The notes beneath the pieces were generated by a model. That model was not told the DNA's origin. It ran no database searches and saw only the letters and a program-made list of their open reading frames with translations. DNA of 64,000 nucleotides from Promethearchaeia archaeon (GTDB lineage Archaea; Asgardarchaeota; Lokiarchaeia; Sigyniarchaeales; SOKP01): NCBI GenBank assembly GCA_029856045.1, contig JAHQWG010000012.1:140110-204109 (forward strand). The letters run 5' to 3'. The position numbers and the translations under genes were made by a program. This document shows, one piece after another, positions 30,271 through 41,031 of the stretch; position 1 is the first letter of the stretch; each line of letters opens with the position of its first letter.

Positions 30271-31134
30271 TCAATTTTTTTTGTTAAAATTAAGAAAATT
30301 TAATAATACTGCTTTTTTTGAATCATCGGTTATATTATTAATAACCTTTTCTGCGGAATCATAAGAAAAATCTATTATATTTTTATAGATCTGATACAAA
30401 AACCAAATTGTATAGATTGGTGGTATAATTACCCCTAGATATAGTCCATAAGAAATATTAACTGGTTGAGAACCTTCAATACCGGTTCCTGGGAGATAAA
30501 AGGGCAGCGCCAGTATTTGACTGAAGAATGCTAAAAATGACATTCCCAAGGTAAAAATCAGAATTATTATAAACAAAAAAAGGTTATACAGAGAATATTT
30601 TTTAAATCTCTTAACTTCAATAAATGAAATTACATCTTTATTCGTCTTATTTCTATAATTCTGTATTATTTGATTCTTAAAATTCTTTAAATCGATTTCT
30701 ATTATTGCGTTATTTAGAACTTTAATAAGGAGCAAAAAGAATTCAAATCCATATAAGAATACAAGGGGAATCAAAAAAAACAAGAAAAAATTATCTACTA
30801 ATTGTGGATGGAATAATGAATCTAACCCTGCTAAAAAGATTAAAAGCATTTGCAAATAAGAAAATATGGTCAATATATTTGAGTTTCCCCCTTCTCCTCC
30901 AAAAGGGTTATATAATATAATAGAATCCTCTATTTTCGTAATTTTCTTATTAGATTCTATTATTTGAAAAAATAATGAAAAACTAAACGAGACAATGGGA
31001 TATAAAATTAAAATTGGGTTTATCCAATTTTGAACCAAAATTAGAAAGAATCCTATTAAAAATATGGAACTTTTTAAGAGGATGTCTCTCTGTATAAGAA
31101 GTTTGGTTGAGTTTAAATAATATTTTTCGGGCAT
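30271..31134 (-). CDS. Hypothetical membrane protein
   Basis: About 6 hydrophobic segments. Confidence 0.7.
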   Translation of the reverse strand: MPEKYYLNSTKLLIQRDILLKSSIFLIGFFLILVQNWINPILILYPIVSFSFSLFFQIIESNKKITKIEDSIILYNPFGGEGGNSNILTIFSYLQMLLIFLAGLDSLFHPQLVDNFFLFFLIPLVFLYGFEFFLLLIKVLNNAIIEIDLKNFKNQIIQNYRNKTNKDVISFIEVKRFKKYSLYNLFLFIIILIFTLGMSFLAFFSQILALPFYLPGTGIEGSQPVNISYGLYLGVIIPPIYTIWFLYQIYKNIIDFSYDSAEKVINNITDDSKKAVLLNFLNFNKKN

Positions 31135-31274
31135 TTAATTAAATAGATAATTTTGAATTATTTTAATTTTTCTTTATAAGTTTTATTTTTATTATAATTT
31201 ACTAATCTCTTATTCATTAAATTTAATTAAAATATTTATTAAATAGTATTTAGAAACTTATATGGTGTAAATTT

Positions 31275-33248
31275 ATCGTATTTAAATATGCAACCTTTTT
31301 CCCTTATGAAGCCTTTAGACAAGGACAAGAGGAAAATACAAAAAAAATTAGTGATTGCGTCAAAGAAAGAAAGAACATTATTTTAGTCGCTCCCAATGGT
31401 ACTGGAAAAACAATAATTGCTCTTAGTAGCATTTTACCCTTGGCTCTTGAAAATGGCTTAAAAATTGTATATCTTTGCAGAACTCACACACAAAATTTCA
31501 GAGCGCTTAGAGAATTAAAAAAAATTACACAATTTTTATCAAAAAATAAATTTGATAAACAAGTCAATGGAATTAGCATTAAAGGGCGGCATGAAATGTG
31601 TCTTAACAAAATATTGCTTCAACTCAAATTATCGCCTCGTGACAGTATTTCTGTTTGCAGAGATTTAAGAAAAAATAAAAATTGCAAATATTTTTCAAAA
31701 CTAATGAAAGATCTGGGAAAAACCGAAGATGTTTCGATAATTGCAAAAAAGCTTCTAATACAACCATGTGATGCTGATGAAATCATTAGTTTTGCAGAAG
31801 AAGCAGGGTACTGTCCTTATTTTTTAAGCAAATATTTATTAGAAAAAGTGGGAATTGTAATTTGTTCATACCATTGGCTTTTTAATCCTGATATAAAGGA
31901 CGTTTTCTTAAAATTTTTAGATACCGATCTATTTAACTGTATTTTAATAAATGATGAATGTCATAATCTCTTAAGTATGGCTACAGAAGTGAATTCTGAG
32001 CGTATAACCCCATTTATTCTTAAATTAGCTCTAAAAGATTTAGAACTATATAACTCTGATCGGAATATGATAAATTTAATAAGAATTTTAATTGCTCATC
32101 TGGAAAATAAACAAACAAATCTTAACGTAGAGGAGCGTGAATTAAATCCAGAGATTTTGATAAAAAATCTTTATGAAAAGATAGGATTAAAGGATTTAAA
32201 CAGCTTTAAAATTTTAATAAAAGATTTGAAAGAATTTAGTTCTTATGTAGCCGAAATTAAATCAAGTCAGGGATTAGCTCAACGCGATTATATCGGATCA
32301 ATCGCAAAATATTGGTTAAAATGGTTAGAAGTCTTAGATAGTGAACGATATTTCTTTTGTTACAATATTAAGACAACACGAGAAGGTAAAAAAAACATTT
32401 CTATGGATATTGTGGCTTTAGATCCTCGGGAAATAACTGTTCCTGTTTTTAAGAATGCATTTTCTACATTGAGTCTCTCTGGTACAGTAAACTCATACGT
32501 TTATTCCAATTTAATGGGGTTAAATGAAACCGGGAAAACAAGTAAAGTTATTGTGTCACCATCCCCCTTCCCAAAAAATAATATTAAAGCTTTGATCATT
32601 GAGAACGTAAATACCAAAAGAGGAAACAGAAACGCTCAAACATATAAAAAAATGGTTAATAAAATTGAAGAAGTTATTTATTCCACTCCGGGAAATGTCG
32701 GGATTTTCTGTGCATCTTATAATGTACTTAAAGGCCTTTTAGAACAAGATATTGAGCAAAAAGTGCAAAAATACAAGAAAAAATTGTATATTGAAGATTC
32801 AAAAATTTCTGCGGCAGAAAATGCAAAAATGATTGAAGATTTTAAAGGTGAAGGAAAAAATAATGGAGGAATACTTTTAGGAGTAGCAGGTGGGCGTAAT
32901 TCTGAGGGCGAAGATTATCCTGCTGAATATATGAATTCAGTTGTGGTAGCAGGTTTCCCTTATCATGTCCCTACTCCACGAGTTAATGCCAAAATTAAAT
33001 ATTATGATAAGGTTTTTCATAATCGAGGTTGGGAGTTTGCCTATCTTTATCCGGCGATTGAAAGAGCGAATCAAGCAGCTGGACGACCAATTAGAAGACT
33101 CGATGATAAGGGAGCAATTATATTTCTAGACAATAGATTTAAAGATAAAATGAAATGGATATCATCTTGGCTTAGAGATGAGATTGAAATTGTTCCAGAT
33201 AAAAAAGGGGCAATTGTTCAGCAATTATATCCCTTTTGGAATGAATAA
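31275..33248 (+). CDS. xpd: XPD/Rad3-family Fe-S 5'-3' DNA helicase (start uncertain, upstream of the ORF call at 31440)
   Basis: In-frame upstream Q motif FPYEAFRQGQ and Walker A APNGTGKT; four Fe-S Cys; DECHN; SEGED; QAAGRPIR; DNRF. Confidence 0.92.
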   Translation: MVFKYATFFPYEAFRQGQEENTKKISDCVKERKNIILVAPNGTGKTIIALSSILPLALENGLKIVYLCRTHTQNFRALRELKKITQFLSKNKFDKQVNGISIKGRHEMCLNKILLQLKLSPRDSISVCRDLRKNKNCKYFSKLMKDLGKTEDVSIIAKKLLIQPCDADEIISFAEEAGYCPYFLSKYLLEKVGIVICSYHWLFNPDIKDVFLKFLDTDLFNCILINDECHNLLSMATEVNSERITPFILKLALKDLELYNSDRNMINLIRILIAHLENKQTNLNVEERELNPEILIKNLYEKIGLKDLNSFKILIKDLKEFSSYVAEIKSSQGLAQRDYIGSIAKYWLKWLEVLDSERYFFCYNIKTTREGKKNISMDIVALDPREITVPVFKNAFSTLSLSGTVNSYVYSNLMGLNETGKTSKVIVSPSPFPKNNIKALIIENVNTKRGNRNAQTYKKMVNKIEEVIYSTPGNVGIFCASYNVLKGLLEQDIEQKVQKYKKKLYIEDSKISAAENAKMIEDFKGEGKNNGGILLGVAGGRNSEGEDYPAEYMNSVVVAGFPYHVPTPRVNAKIKYYDKVFHNRGWEFAYLYPAIERANQAAGRPIRRLDDKGAIIFLDNRFKDKMKWISSWLRDEIEIVPDKKGAIVQQLYPFWNE

Positions 33249-33258
33249 AAAAAATATT

Positions 33259-34497
33259 TTACACCTTTTTTTTAGTCGATTTGAATCCAAAAAGAATAAA
33301 TAATACAGAAATTGTTGGGAATAAGAACAATACGAGAATAGTAAAATAAAAATTATCATTTATTATTAATAGGATTCCAATAAAAATATTTCCTGTAAAG
33401 TTTCCTAAACTAAAAAATGAATTTGCCATACCAACATAACGCCCCTTATTCTCAGGTGTAGTTTTTTGGGAGATATAAATAAATGTCGCTGTCCAAAAGG
33501 CAGCATAACTGAAGCTTACTAGAAATTGAGAAATTAGAAAACCCCAGAAATCTCGGGAGAAATAATAGCCAAGCATAGCAAATGTGCTAAATAGAAATCC
33601 TAAAATGAGTATGAATTTCATGTTTTTCTTATTAATGATTTTTCCAATGATAACAGAAATTGCAATTTGAAGTAAATAATTTATACTAATTAAAAAGCCA
33701 ATTTCTGTATCTGATGTTAAAGTTAAAGCAAAAAAAATAGCAAGTACATTAAAAATAGGGCGAACCCCAAAATTTCTAAAAAATAATGCAAAATAAAGAG
33801 AAGGAGATATCTTATTTAACATATTATCATGTTGGATTTTCTCTAAATCAACATTTAAAAGATTATTTTGTTTCAGAGATCTGTTTAACTTAAAAATTTC
33901 TTCTCTATTCTCTTTAATAAATAAAGTAAAAACAAAACTAATTACTAAAAATGAGAAATAATAATAAAATAAATTTTCAATTCCAATAAGATCTATATAT
34001 ATTCCACAAAAAAAAGAACCAAAGAACCATGCCGAAGCAACAACTGCATTGTAATAAGAAATCCATTTTGCATCATTTAAACAGATTTCTGAAAATAAAG
34101 GATAAGTCATACCAAAACAACTAAAAAAAAACCCATTAATAAAAATTAAAGGAAAACAAATCCATATGTATTCTATTCCTATAAAAAATATGAAAATTGC
34201 ATTAATTATAATCCCAATAATTCCAAATCTAATAAACCAATTTCTTGTCTGAAATTTATCGGAAAAAAAGCCAATAAGAGATGGAAAAATAAAAGATGCT
34301 AAGGAAATCATTGAAATAATAAAACTGATGAGGGAATTGTCAGCACCAAGAGCTGAAAGAAATCTTGGATAATAGGTAAAAAAGGAGATCCCTCCAGCCA
34401 TTTGAAAAAAAACGGATAGAAGAAGAATAATACGATTTCTCATTATATAAAAAATCATTGATAATTGAAAAGATTTATTTCTTTTAACTAGATCCAA
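33259..34497 (-). CDS. MFS transporter
   Basis: About 12 TMs; GFFSDKFQTR; PENKGRYVG. Confidence 0.88.
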   Translation of the reverse strand: MDLVKRNKSFQLSMIFYIMRNRIILLLSVFFQMAGGISFFTYYPRFLSALGADNSLISFIISMISLASFIFPSLIGFFSDKFQTRNWFIRFGIIGIIINAIFIFFIGIEYIWICFPLIFINGFFFSCFGMTYPLFSEICLNDAKWISYYNAVVASAWFFGSFFCGIYIDLIGIENLFYYYFSFLVISFVFTLFIKENREEIFKLNRSLKQNNLLNVDLEKIQHDNMLNKISPSLYFALFFRNFGVRPIFNVLAIFFALTLTSDTEIGFLISINYLLQIAISVIIGKIINKKNMKFILILGFLFSTFAMLGYYFSRDFWGFLISQFLVSFSYAAFWTATFIYISQKTTPENKGRYVGMANSFFSLGNFTGNIFIGILLIINDNFYFTILVLFLFPTISVLFILFGFKSTKKKV

Positions 34498-34551
34498 TAT
34501 CTCCAGCTCTTAAGGCTTAATTAGTTCATCGAAATAAAAAAAGTGAATTTC

Positions 34552-35163
34552 TTATATTGATTTTATTAATAATAGAGAAGCTCCTGGAGATAACCCCAAA
34601 AATAAAATAATTGCAAAACCTCCAATTATCGAACCAAGACTATACTTCTTTCCCTTAAGATCCTTATTGACAAATACTAGAATTCCATAACTTAAAGATA
34701 TAAAACCAATAATTGAGATAGTTCCAATAATTAACATGCTCAGCAGTTGGAGATTATTTAAATTCTGCCATTCTGAAGTTAGAGGAATAAATAAATCAGC
34801 AAATTCAGTTAATTCAAGCGAATCAATAATATAAAATATCAATGGAGGAGGAGAAAATTCAGATATATTAATAATTAGGATTAAGATAAAATCAAAGTAT
34901 AAACCCCATGCAAGTATTATATAAAAAATACCTAGTAAAGTTTCTGGAATAACTGGTTGATAATATCCGGTTTTAATTTTTATATTTTTTCTCCTTTTGA
35001 AAAAGATCTTATAAATCAATAAGATTCCCATTATTAGAAAAATAGTCGCAAATAGATTTTTTATGCATGGCATAACTAAAATATAAATGTTTATTATCAT
35101 ATCTATAACGTCACTAAAAGACGTTATAAAACCACTAAACGGGTCAAAATCAAAAAATAACAT
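34552..35163 (-). CDS. Hypothetical membrane protein
   Basis: About 4-5 TM segments. Confidence 0.65.
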   Translation of the reverse strand: MLFFDFDPFSGFITSFSDVIDMIINIYILVMPCIKNLFATIFLIMGILLIYKIFFKRRKNIKIKTGYYQPVIPETLLGIFYIILAWGLYFDFILILIINISEFSPPPLIFYIIDSLELTEFADLFIPLTSEWQNLNNLQLLSMLIIGTISIIGFISLSYGILVFVNKDLKGKKYSLGSIIGGFAIILFLGLSPGASLLLIKSI

Positions 35164-35346
35164 TTACTTCATTCTTTCCTAAAGAAAAAACTATTTAAAA
35201 TTGTAAAAAATTGTTGGTGTTAATATCTTAATACTTAATGAGATGTATTGCTTTTTTTAAAACAAGCAAGATGTATTATCAATTATTAAAAAAAGGAATT
35301 TTATAACTATGACGGATCTTAGATATCGCTCTTTTTGCCTTTAGAT

Positions 35347-35760
35347 TTATTTTTTCTCCTTTTTTTTATACAAACTCACATCTTTTTTTTCAAGGGAAAG
35401 TGGATCGCCACCGAAACGGATTTTTTTTCCTTTATAATAATAAATAGTTCTATCTTCGCAAATCTTTGACCATTCTTTTAGACCCAATTTCCTTATCATA
35501 ACTGAGTTATAAACTTTCGAATTATGTGGTAAAAAGATTTCAAAATTGACGATAGGCATAAGCATTTCGCAAGGGAATTCTTCACATTCATAACAAAAAT
35601 CACATCCCTTATTGATAACACATTCATAAGTTTTACATGTAGGAAATTTAGATATTTTACCTTTTTCTTCTCGACATCCCTTGCAGTTATAAAATTTTAT
35701 TCCAGGACAAGCTTTACAATAAATTCCGCAGGGAGCATGCCATTTTAACGATTCTTCCAG
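35347..35760 (-). CDS. DUF3795-like Cys-rich protein (137 aa, CTG start)
   Basis: Extending the 72-aa ORF upstream in frame gives APCGIYCKACP..CKGCR..CKTYEC..GCDFCYECEEFPC; CTG at 35760 preceded by GAGGAG. Confidence 0.85.
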   Translation of the reverse strand: MEESLKWHAPCGIYCKACPGIKFYNCKGCREEKGKISKFPTCKTYECVINKGCDFCYECEEFPCEMLMPIVNFEIFLPHNSKVYNSVMIRKLGLKEWSKICEDRTIYYYKGKKIRFGGDPLSLEKKDVSLYKKKEKK

Positions 35761-35775
35761 AAAATATCTCCTCTA

Positions 35776-37554
35776 TTAATTATTTTTTATTAATTTTATT
35801 GATTTATTATAGATATTTATTAGTTTTTGAGAAACTATTTTCCATCTGAAATTATCCTCTACTCTCTTCAGACAATTCTGCTTAATCTTATCATAAAAAA
35901 GGTTGTCCTGTAAAACTTGCTTTCTAAGAGCAGGATAAGAAATATCTTGTGCCATTAAATTCAATTCAGATTTTGGAATTAATCCTTTAGTATTCTTCAT
36001 TCTGCAAATTTCAGAGATTATTAACATTGAAATAAGTGCATTAGCTAATTCCTCTGGATTTTCATTCTTAACTAAAATTCCTGTTCCATTTTCTAAGTCT
36101 TTATTAAGATCAATTATGGATTCTTGAAAACCTCCAACTCTCGTAGCAATTACAGGGATTTTGGAAGACATGGCTTCAAGCGCAATAATACCAAAGGGTT
36201 CCCATCTAGAAGGACAACAATAAAGATCTGCATAAAAGTGGGCAAGGTGATAAATTGATATTGATTTTCCAAATAAAATTCTAAGATTTTGGGGATAAAT
36301 TTTCATAAATTCGGCATAAGATTTGACATCATCTAAAGTATATTCGTTGGGCATCAGAAGCATTAAAAATCTTACATTAGGAACCTTCTCAATTACTAGA
36401 GGAATTGATTCCAGAATTGTATCTATTCCTTTTTGATATGAAATTCTACCTGAAGTTAGAATTAAAGGACCATCTTGATTAAACGCTTTAACTTTTCGAT
36501 CTTGGAGTATCGGATAGATTCCATTTAAAGAATTAACAACATCTAAAACGATTTTCGATGTAATAATTGGTTCATTTTTAGGAATATTCTCAATTTTATA
36601 TGTCAATAGAAATTTTCTTATATCCCATCGGGATATTTTTGAATAATCAGTAATGCCAGTAAAATTTATAATTTCTTTAGAAAAATTTTTTTTTATCTCA
36701 GTTATGATTTCAGTGTAATCCCAGTCACATCCATCCCATACAAAATCAGATTTAGGAGAAATTAAATCACCTCCAAGATTGGGTATTACATCTGATTCTA
36801 AGTATGATTTACTCACTGAAGTTATAACATCTGCAATTAATGCGCAAATTTTTTCTAATGAAGGATTTATATGCTCATTGTTTCTTGCTAATTCGAAAAT
36901 CTCCTCAAATGATAATTTTTTTTTCTCATTATCCAAACAAATTAGCAGAGATGTATCATCAATGCCACATGCTTTTAAAAAGCGCTTATTTTTTCTTGGC
37001 CATGTCAATAAATGAAATGTAATAACAGAAGGAATATTTAAATCATGTTTTAATAATTCCTGTTTCATAGCGATATAAGCTATGAATGGATGATAATCAT
37101 GAATATGCACAATATCAGGTAATAAATTTGGATTATTTTCAATTAAATATTCCACATAATGTCTAATTGCATAGCTAAATAATCCAATTTTTCCAGATAA
37201 GGATTCAGGACTATAAACACGTGGATCATCTAAAATCTTTTTTGAAATTTCATTATTTCCGGAAATTAATATAACATTTATTACATCAACTTCTACTTTA
37301 TGTAGTGAAATTTCATATTTTGCGTGGGGAATGTGAATATCAAATTCATAGGGGATAAAATCCCCCGTAAAATTAAATCCTAAATCAGATATATTCGAAT
37401 TTGATTGAAAATTATCTTTTTTACCGTGAGAAGGCATAAAGATTGTAATATCTAACTCATCTTTAAGAGATTTTGCTTGGTTTGCTGGAACTTCACCTAA
37501 TCCTCCAACTTTAACCACACCTGCATATTCAAAAGTAAATATCCAAACCTTCAT
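35776..37554 (-). CDS. glgA: Glycogen/starch synthase (GT5)
   Basis: KVGGLGEV, HIHDYH, QKGID, PSRWEPFGIIALEAM. Confidence 0.9.
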   Translation of the reverse strand: MKVWIFTFEYAGVVKVGGLGEVPANQAKSLKDELDITIFMPSHGKKDNFQSNSNISDLGFNFTGDFIPYEFDIHIPHAKYEISLHKVEVDVINVILISGNNEISKKILDDPRVYSPESLSGKIGLFSYAIRHYVEYLIENNPNLLPDIVHIHDYHPFIAYIAMKQELLKHDLNIPSVITFHLLTWPRKNKRFLKACGIDDTSLLICLDNEKKKLSFEEIFELARNNEHINPSLEKICALIADVITSVSKSYLESDVIPNLGGDLISPKSDFVWDGCDWDYTEIITEIKKNFSKEIINFTGITDYSKISRWDIRKFLLTYKIENIPKNEPIITSKIVLDVVNSLNGIYPILQDRKVKAFNQDGPLILTSGRISYQKGIDTILESIPLVIEKVPNVRFLMLLMPNEYTLDDVKSYAEFMKIYPQNLRILFGKSISIYHLAHFYADLYCCPSRWEPFGIIALEAMSSKIPVIATRVGGFQESIIDLNKDLENGTGILVKNENPEELANALISMLIISEICRMKNTKGLIPKSELNLMAQDISYPALRKQVLQDNLFYDKIKQNCLKRVEDNFRWKIVSQKLINIYNKSIKLIKNN

Positions 37555-37825
37555 TTCATGAATTTGATATTTTTAATCAAATGCAATAATAAATTAAATA
37601 TGATTTTATTATTCTTAAACCTAATTTTAAATAATTATTAATTCGCATTAAGCATTGAATTTCTATAAGAAAATTCAATTTAATTTAAGGAATTTTAGAT
37701 TTCATCCCAAATTGATTAATAAAGTTATAGAAGAAACGAAAGAAAGAATTAATGAAATTGGGAAAAAAAAATATTTTAACTTTTTAAATATGTATTAAAT
37801 TAAAACAAAAGAATGGTAATTTGTC

Positions 37826-39046
37826 ATGGAAAATATTGAAAAAGAGATTATGGAAAAAATTAATAAGATGAAAGATGAGATTATTAAATTTCACCAGCAA
37901 CTTGTTCAAATGCCTTCTGAAGTTCCTCCTGGAAAATATCGAAAAATTTCTAAATATATAGCGGAAAAAATTAATGAATTAGGAATGACGGCTGAAATTA
38001 AAAGAAATAATGTTTTAGCTGAACTGGGCAATAGCAATGGTCCATCTTTAATATTCAATGCTCATTTTGATACAGTCCCGGTTTTTGATGGTTGGACGAA
38101 AGATCCTTTAGGTGGAGAACTAATCGAAAATAAGATTTATGGTCGAGGGGCAGCAGATGATAAAGCATGTGTAACCGCGGAAATTTTTGCAGCTAAGGCA
38201 TTAATTGATGCTGGAGTTGATTTAAATGGTAAATTAATTATTACAGCTGTTGTTAATGAAGAAATTGGTGGGATTGGTGGCACTGAATATCTTGTTAATG
38301 AAGAAATTGTTAGAGGAGATGTTTGTTTATTGGGAGATGCTCCTAGTGATTATCCAATTGCATATACTGAAGGTGGGTTTCAGATAAGCTTCAATATAAC
38401 TGGAATACGTAGACATTCAATGGCATATCCAGATCTACCTTCTCCTAATCGCAATAAATATTCGGGAATAAACGCTATTCATAAAATGTTAAAAATTATG
38501 AATTTTTTAATGGAATTACAAGAGGATTTTAATAAAGAAGAAACTAAATATCCTTGCCATCCTGATCTCCCATCTAAGATTAGCAGTGTTACTTTTTCTA
38601 TGATTGAAGGAGGTACATCACTTACTGCAGTACCTGATAAATGTCTCCTACAATGTTGGATTAGCTTAATTCCAGAACACGATGCCGAAAATATAAAAAC
38701 AAAGATTTTAAATTATATAGAAGAATTGAAAAAAGATGATACCGATTTAGATATATTTGTTCAAATCCCAGTGACTATTGGACCACAAATAGCAGAGATT
38801 AACTCGGATTTTGCAAAAATTGTTAAGAAATCCTTTAAAATAGTTTATGGTGAAGATAGAGAATTTAAGTTATTCATGGCCACCGATGATGCTCATTTAT
38901 TTCAAGAAAAAGGAATCCAGACAATTTCAATTGGTCCATTTCGCGGAGAAAGCCAAATTCACGCTCAAGATGAGTTGGTATATATTGAAGATCTAATAAA
39001 TACTACAAAATTATATGCATTAACTGCTTTGAATTATCTTAAATAA
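37826..39046 (+). CDS. M20 family metallopeptidase (ArgE/DapE-like)
   Basis: NAHFDTVP, GRGAADDK, NEEIGG, IHAQDE. Confidence 0.92.
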   Translation: MENIEKEIMEKINKMKDEIIKFHQQLVQMPSEVPPGKYRKISKYIAEKINELGMTAEIKRNNVLAELGNSNGPSLIFNAHFDTVPVFDGWTKDPLGGELIENKIYGRGAADDKACVTAEIFAAKALIDAGVDLNGKLIITAVVNEEIGGIGGTEYLVNEEIVRGDVCLLGDAPSDYPIAYTEGGFQISFNITGIRRHSMAYPDLPSPNRNKYSGINAIHKMLKIMNFLMELQEDFNKEETKYPCHPDLPSKISSVTFSMIEGGTSLTAVPDKCLLQCWISLIPEHDAENIKTKILNYIEELKKDDTDLDIFVQIPVTIGPQIAEINSDFAKIVKKSFKIVYGEDREFKLFMATDDAHLFQEKGIQTISIGPFRGESQIHAQDELVYIEDLINTTKLYALTALNYLK

Positions 39047-39156
39047 AAAAGAATTTGAAATGTTATTTTATTTCTTTCAAATTATATTTTTTAATTTTTA
39101 TTTTTTAAATAATAAAACTTTTTTTACTTTCTATTTCTATTTCTATTTGAATTATT

Positions 39157-40359
39157 ATGTGTGATACATTTCTTGCATTAGCAAATAGTACTAAAAATGG
39201 GGAAGTTATTTTTGGAAAAAATAGTGATAGACCTCAATCAGAAGCTCAATTAGTTACCTATTCTCCCAGAACCAAGCATACAATTGGAGAAGAATTAAAA
39301 TGCACATATATTTCGATACCCCAAGTTAAAGATACTTCTGCAGTATTATTAAGCCAACCTTGGTGGATGTATGGTGCTGAAATGGGGGTAAATGAATATG
39401 GTGTAACTATCGGTAATGAAGCTGTTTTTACTAAGGAACCTTTAAGGGATACAGGTCTATTAGGAATGGATCTCTTACGTTTAGGACTCGAAAGAGGTAA
39501 AACAGCAAAAGAATCACTCACGGTGATCACAAATTTATTGGAAAAATATGGTCAGGGTGGGAGCTGTGCTGTCGGAACTCAAGGATGGACCTACCATAAT
39601 TCATATATAATTGCAGATCCTAAAGAAGGATATGTACTTGACACAGCAGATAAGTGGTGGATTGTTGAAAAAATCCAAGATGTTAGGTCTATATCAAATA
39701 ATTTATCTATTCGTGGAAAAGGAGATCTTAGAAAAAAAGGAATAATACAGCATGCGATAGAGAGTAGATATTGTAAGGATGATAATGATTTTGACTTCGC
39801 ACAAATATTTTCAAATCCGCCAATTCCAGATACATTTCCACCTTCTTGTAGAGATGGAAGATCTATGCAATTACTAAATGAAAATAAAGGGAATATTAAC
39901 CAATTTTTGATGATGGATTTTTTAAGAGAGCATGAAGTGGGGATCTGTATGCATGGATCATTTGAATCAACTGCAAGTCAAGTAAGTATGCTAAGATCAG
40001 GTTTAAAAAAATCAATTCATTGGTTTACAGCAAGTACTATGCCTTGTTTAAGTATTTATAAGCCCTACATATTTCCTGTAGAAGGTCTAAAAGTTATGAA
40101 ACCAGGCCCGTATGCTAAAATTAATACTGGTTGGTTCTGGAGTAAACATATTGCACAAATAAAACCATATAGAAAAAGATCCAAAAAAGAAGAAAAAGAG
40201 AAATACATCAAAATATTGAGAACATTAGAAAATCAAGTAATAAGTCAAGTTAATGAGATTTTAACTGAAGAGGAGAAAATCTCCGATGAAGAATTTCGAG
40301 ATAAAATTAAAATAATCAATTCTGAAGCTTGGAAAAAATCTGAAGAAATGATTAATTAA
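39157..40359 (+). CDS. Peptidase C69 / secernin-like dipeptidase
   Basis: N-terminal MCDT nucleophile, FGKNSDRP, GAEMGVNEYGV, LLGMDLLRLGLERG. Confidence 0.93.
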   Translation: MCDTFLALANSTKNGEVIFGKNSDRPQSEAQLVTYSPRTKHTIGEELKCTYISIPQVKDTSAVLLSQPWWMYGAEMGVNEYGVTIGNEAVFTKEPLRDTGLLGMDLLRLGLERGKTAKESLTVITNLLEKYGQGGSCAVGTQGWTYHNSYIIADPKEGYVLDTADKWWIVEKIQDVRSISNNLSIRGKGDLRKKGIIQHAIESRYCKDDNDFDFAQIFSNPPIPDTFPPSCRDGRSMQLLNENKGNINQFLMMDFLREHEVGICMHGSFESTASQVSMLRSGLKKSIHWFTASTMPCLSIYKPYIFPVEGLKVMKPGPYAKINTGWFWSKHIAQIKPYRKRSKKEEKEKYIKILRTLENQVISQVNEILTEEEKISDEEFRDKIKIINSEAWKKSEEMIN

Positions 40360-40446
40360 AAAATAAAAGAAATTTAATAGAATCATTTTTTTAATAAAAT
40401 AAAAGAAATTGATAGAAAAACTAAAAATAATAGCTGATAAATAAAA

Positions 40447-40884
40447 TTGAGTAAAAAATCTGCTGAAGATCTCCCTAAAAACGCAATAGAAGCTCAAGGC
40501 CAACTAATTAAAGCATTTTATGAAAAATATGGAAATGAAATTCTTCCAATTATTGAAACGGTGCTAGGAAGGCAGGGTCGTGCTCTTGGGTTAAGAACTA
40601 AAAAAAAAATATCTGATAATAAATTATCTACAGTAGCCAAGGTGTTTTCTAAAAGTAATGACCCCGAATCAGTTAAAGTAATTTCAATTTCTGATGAAAA
40701 ATTTCATATTCAAGGAATGCAATGCCCATTTGGTTTAGAAAATACCTCAAGAGAACTTTGTGAAGCTGTAATGGCAATTGATTATGAGTATTTCAACATA
40801 GCGACTGATAGAAAGATAAATTTACACATTAATAAAACAGTAGCAGCAGGAGATCCTTTTTGTGATACGATTTATACGGTTTAA
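40447..40884 (+). CDS. L-2-amino-thiazoline-4-carboxylate hydrolase-like / V4R-like protein
   Basis: CP..LC...D...KTVAAGDPFC metal-binding pattern. Confidence 0.7.
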   Translation: MSKKSAEDLPKNAIEAQGQLIKAFYEKYGNEILPIIETVLGRQGRALGLRTKKKISDNKLSTVAKVFSKSNDPESVKVISISDEKFHIQGMQCPFGLENTSRELCEAVMAIDYEYFNIATDRKINLHINKTVAAGDPFCDTIYTV

Positions 40885-41031
40885 AATTATGATTTCAAGA
40901 AAGGTTGAAGAATATATTAAAAAATTAGTTAAATCTTTGAGTCTTTTTTTTTAAATTTCAATTTTATTTCTTTTAATTTAAACATTTTAAGAAAAATATA
41001 ATCTAAATAAGAACCCTCATAACCTAAGATA

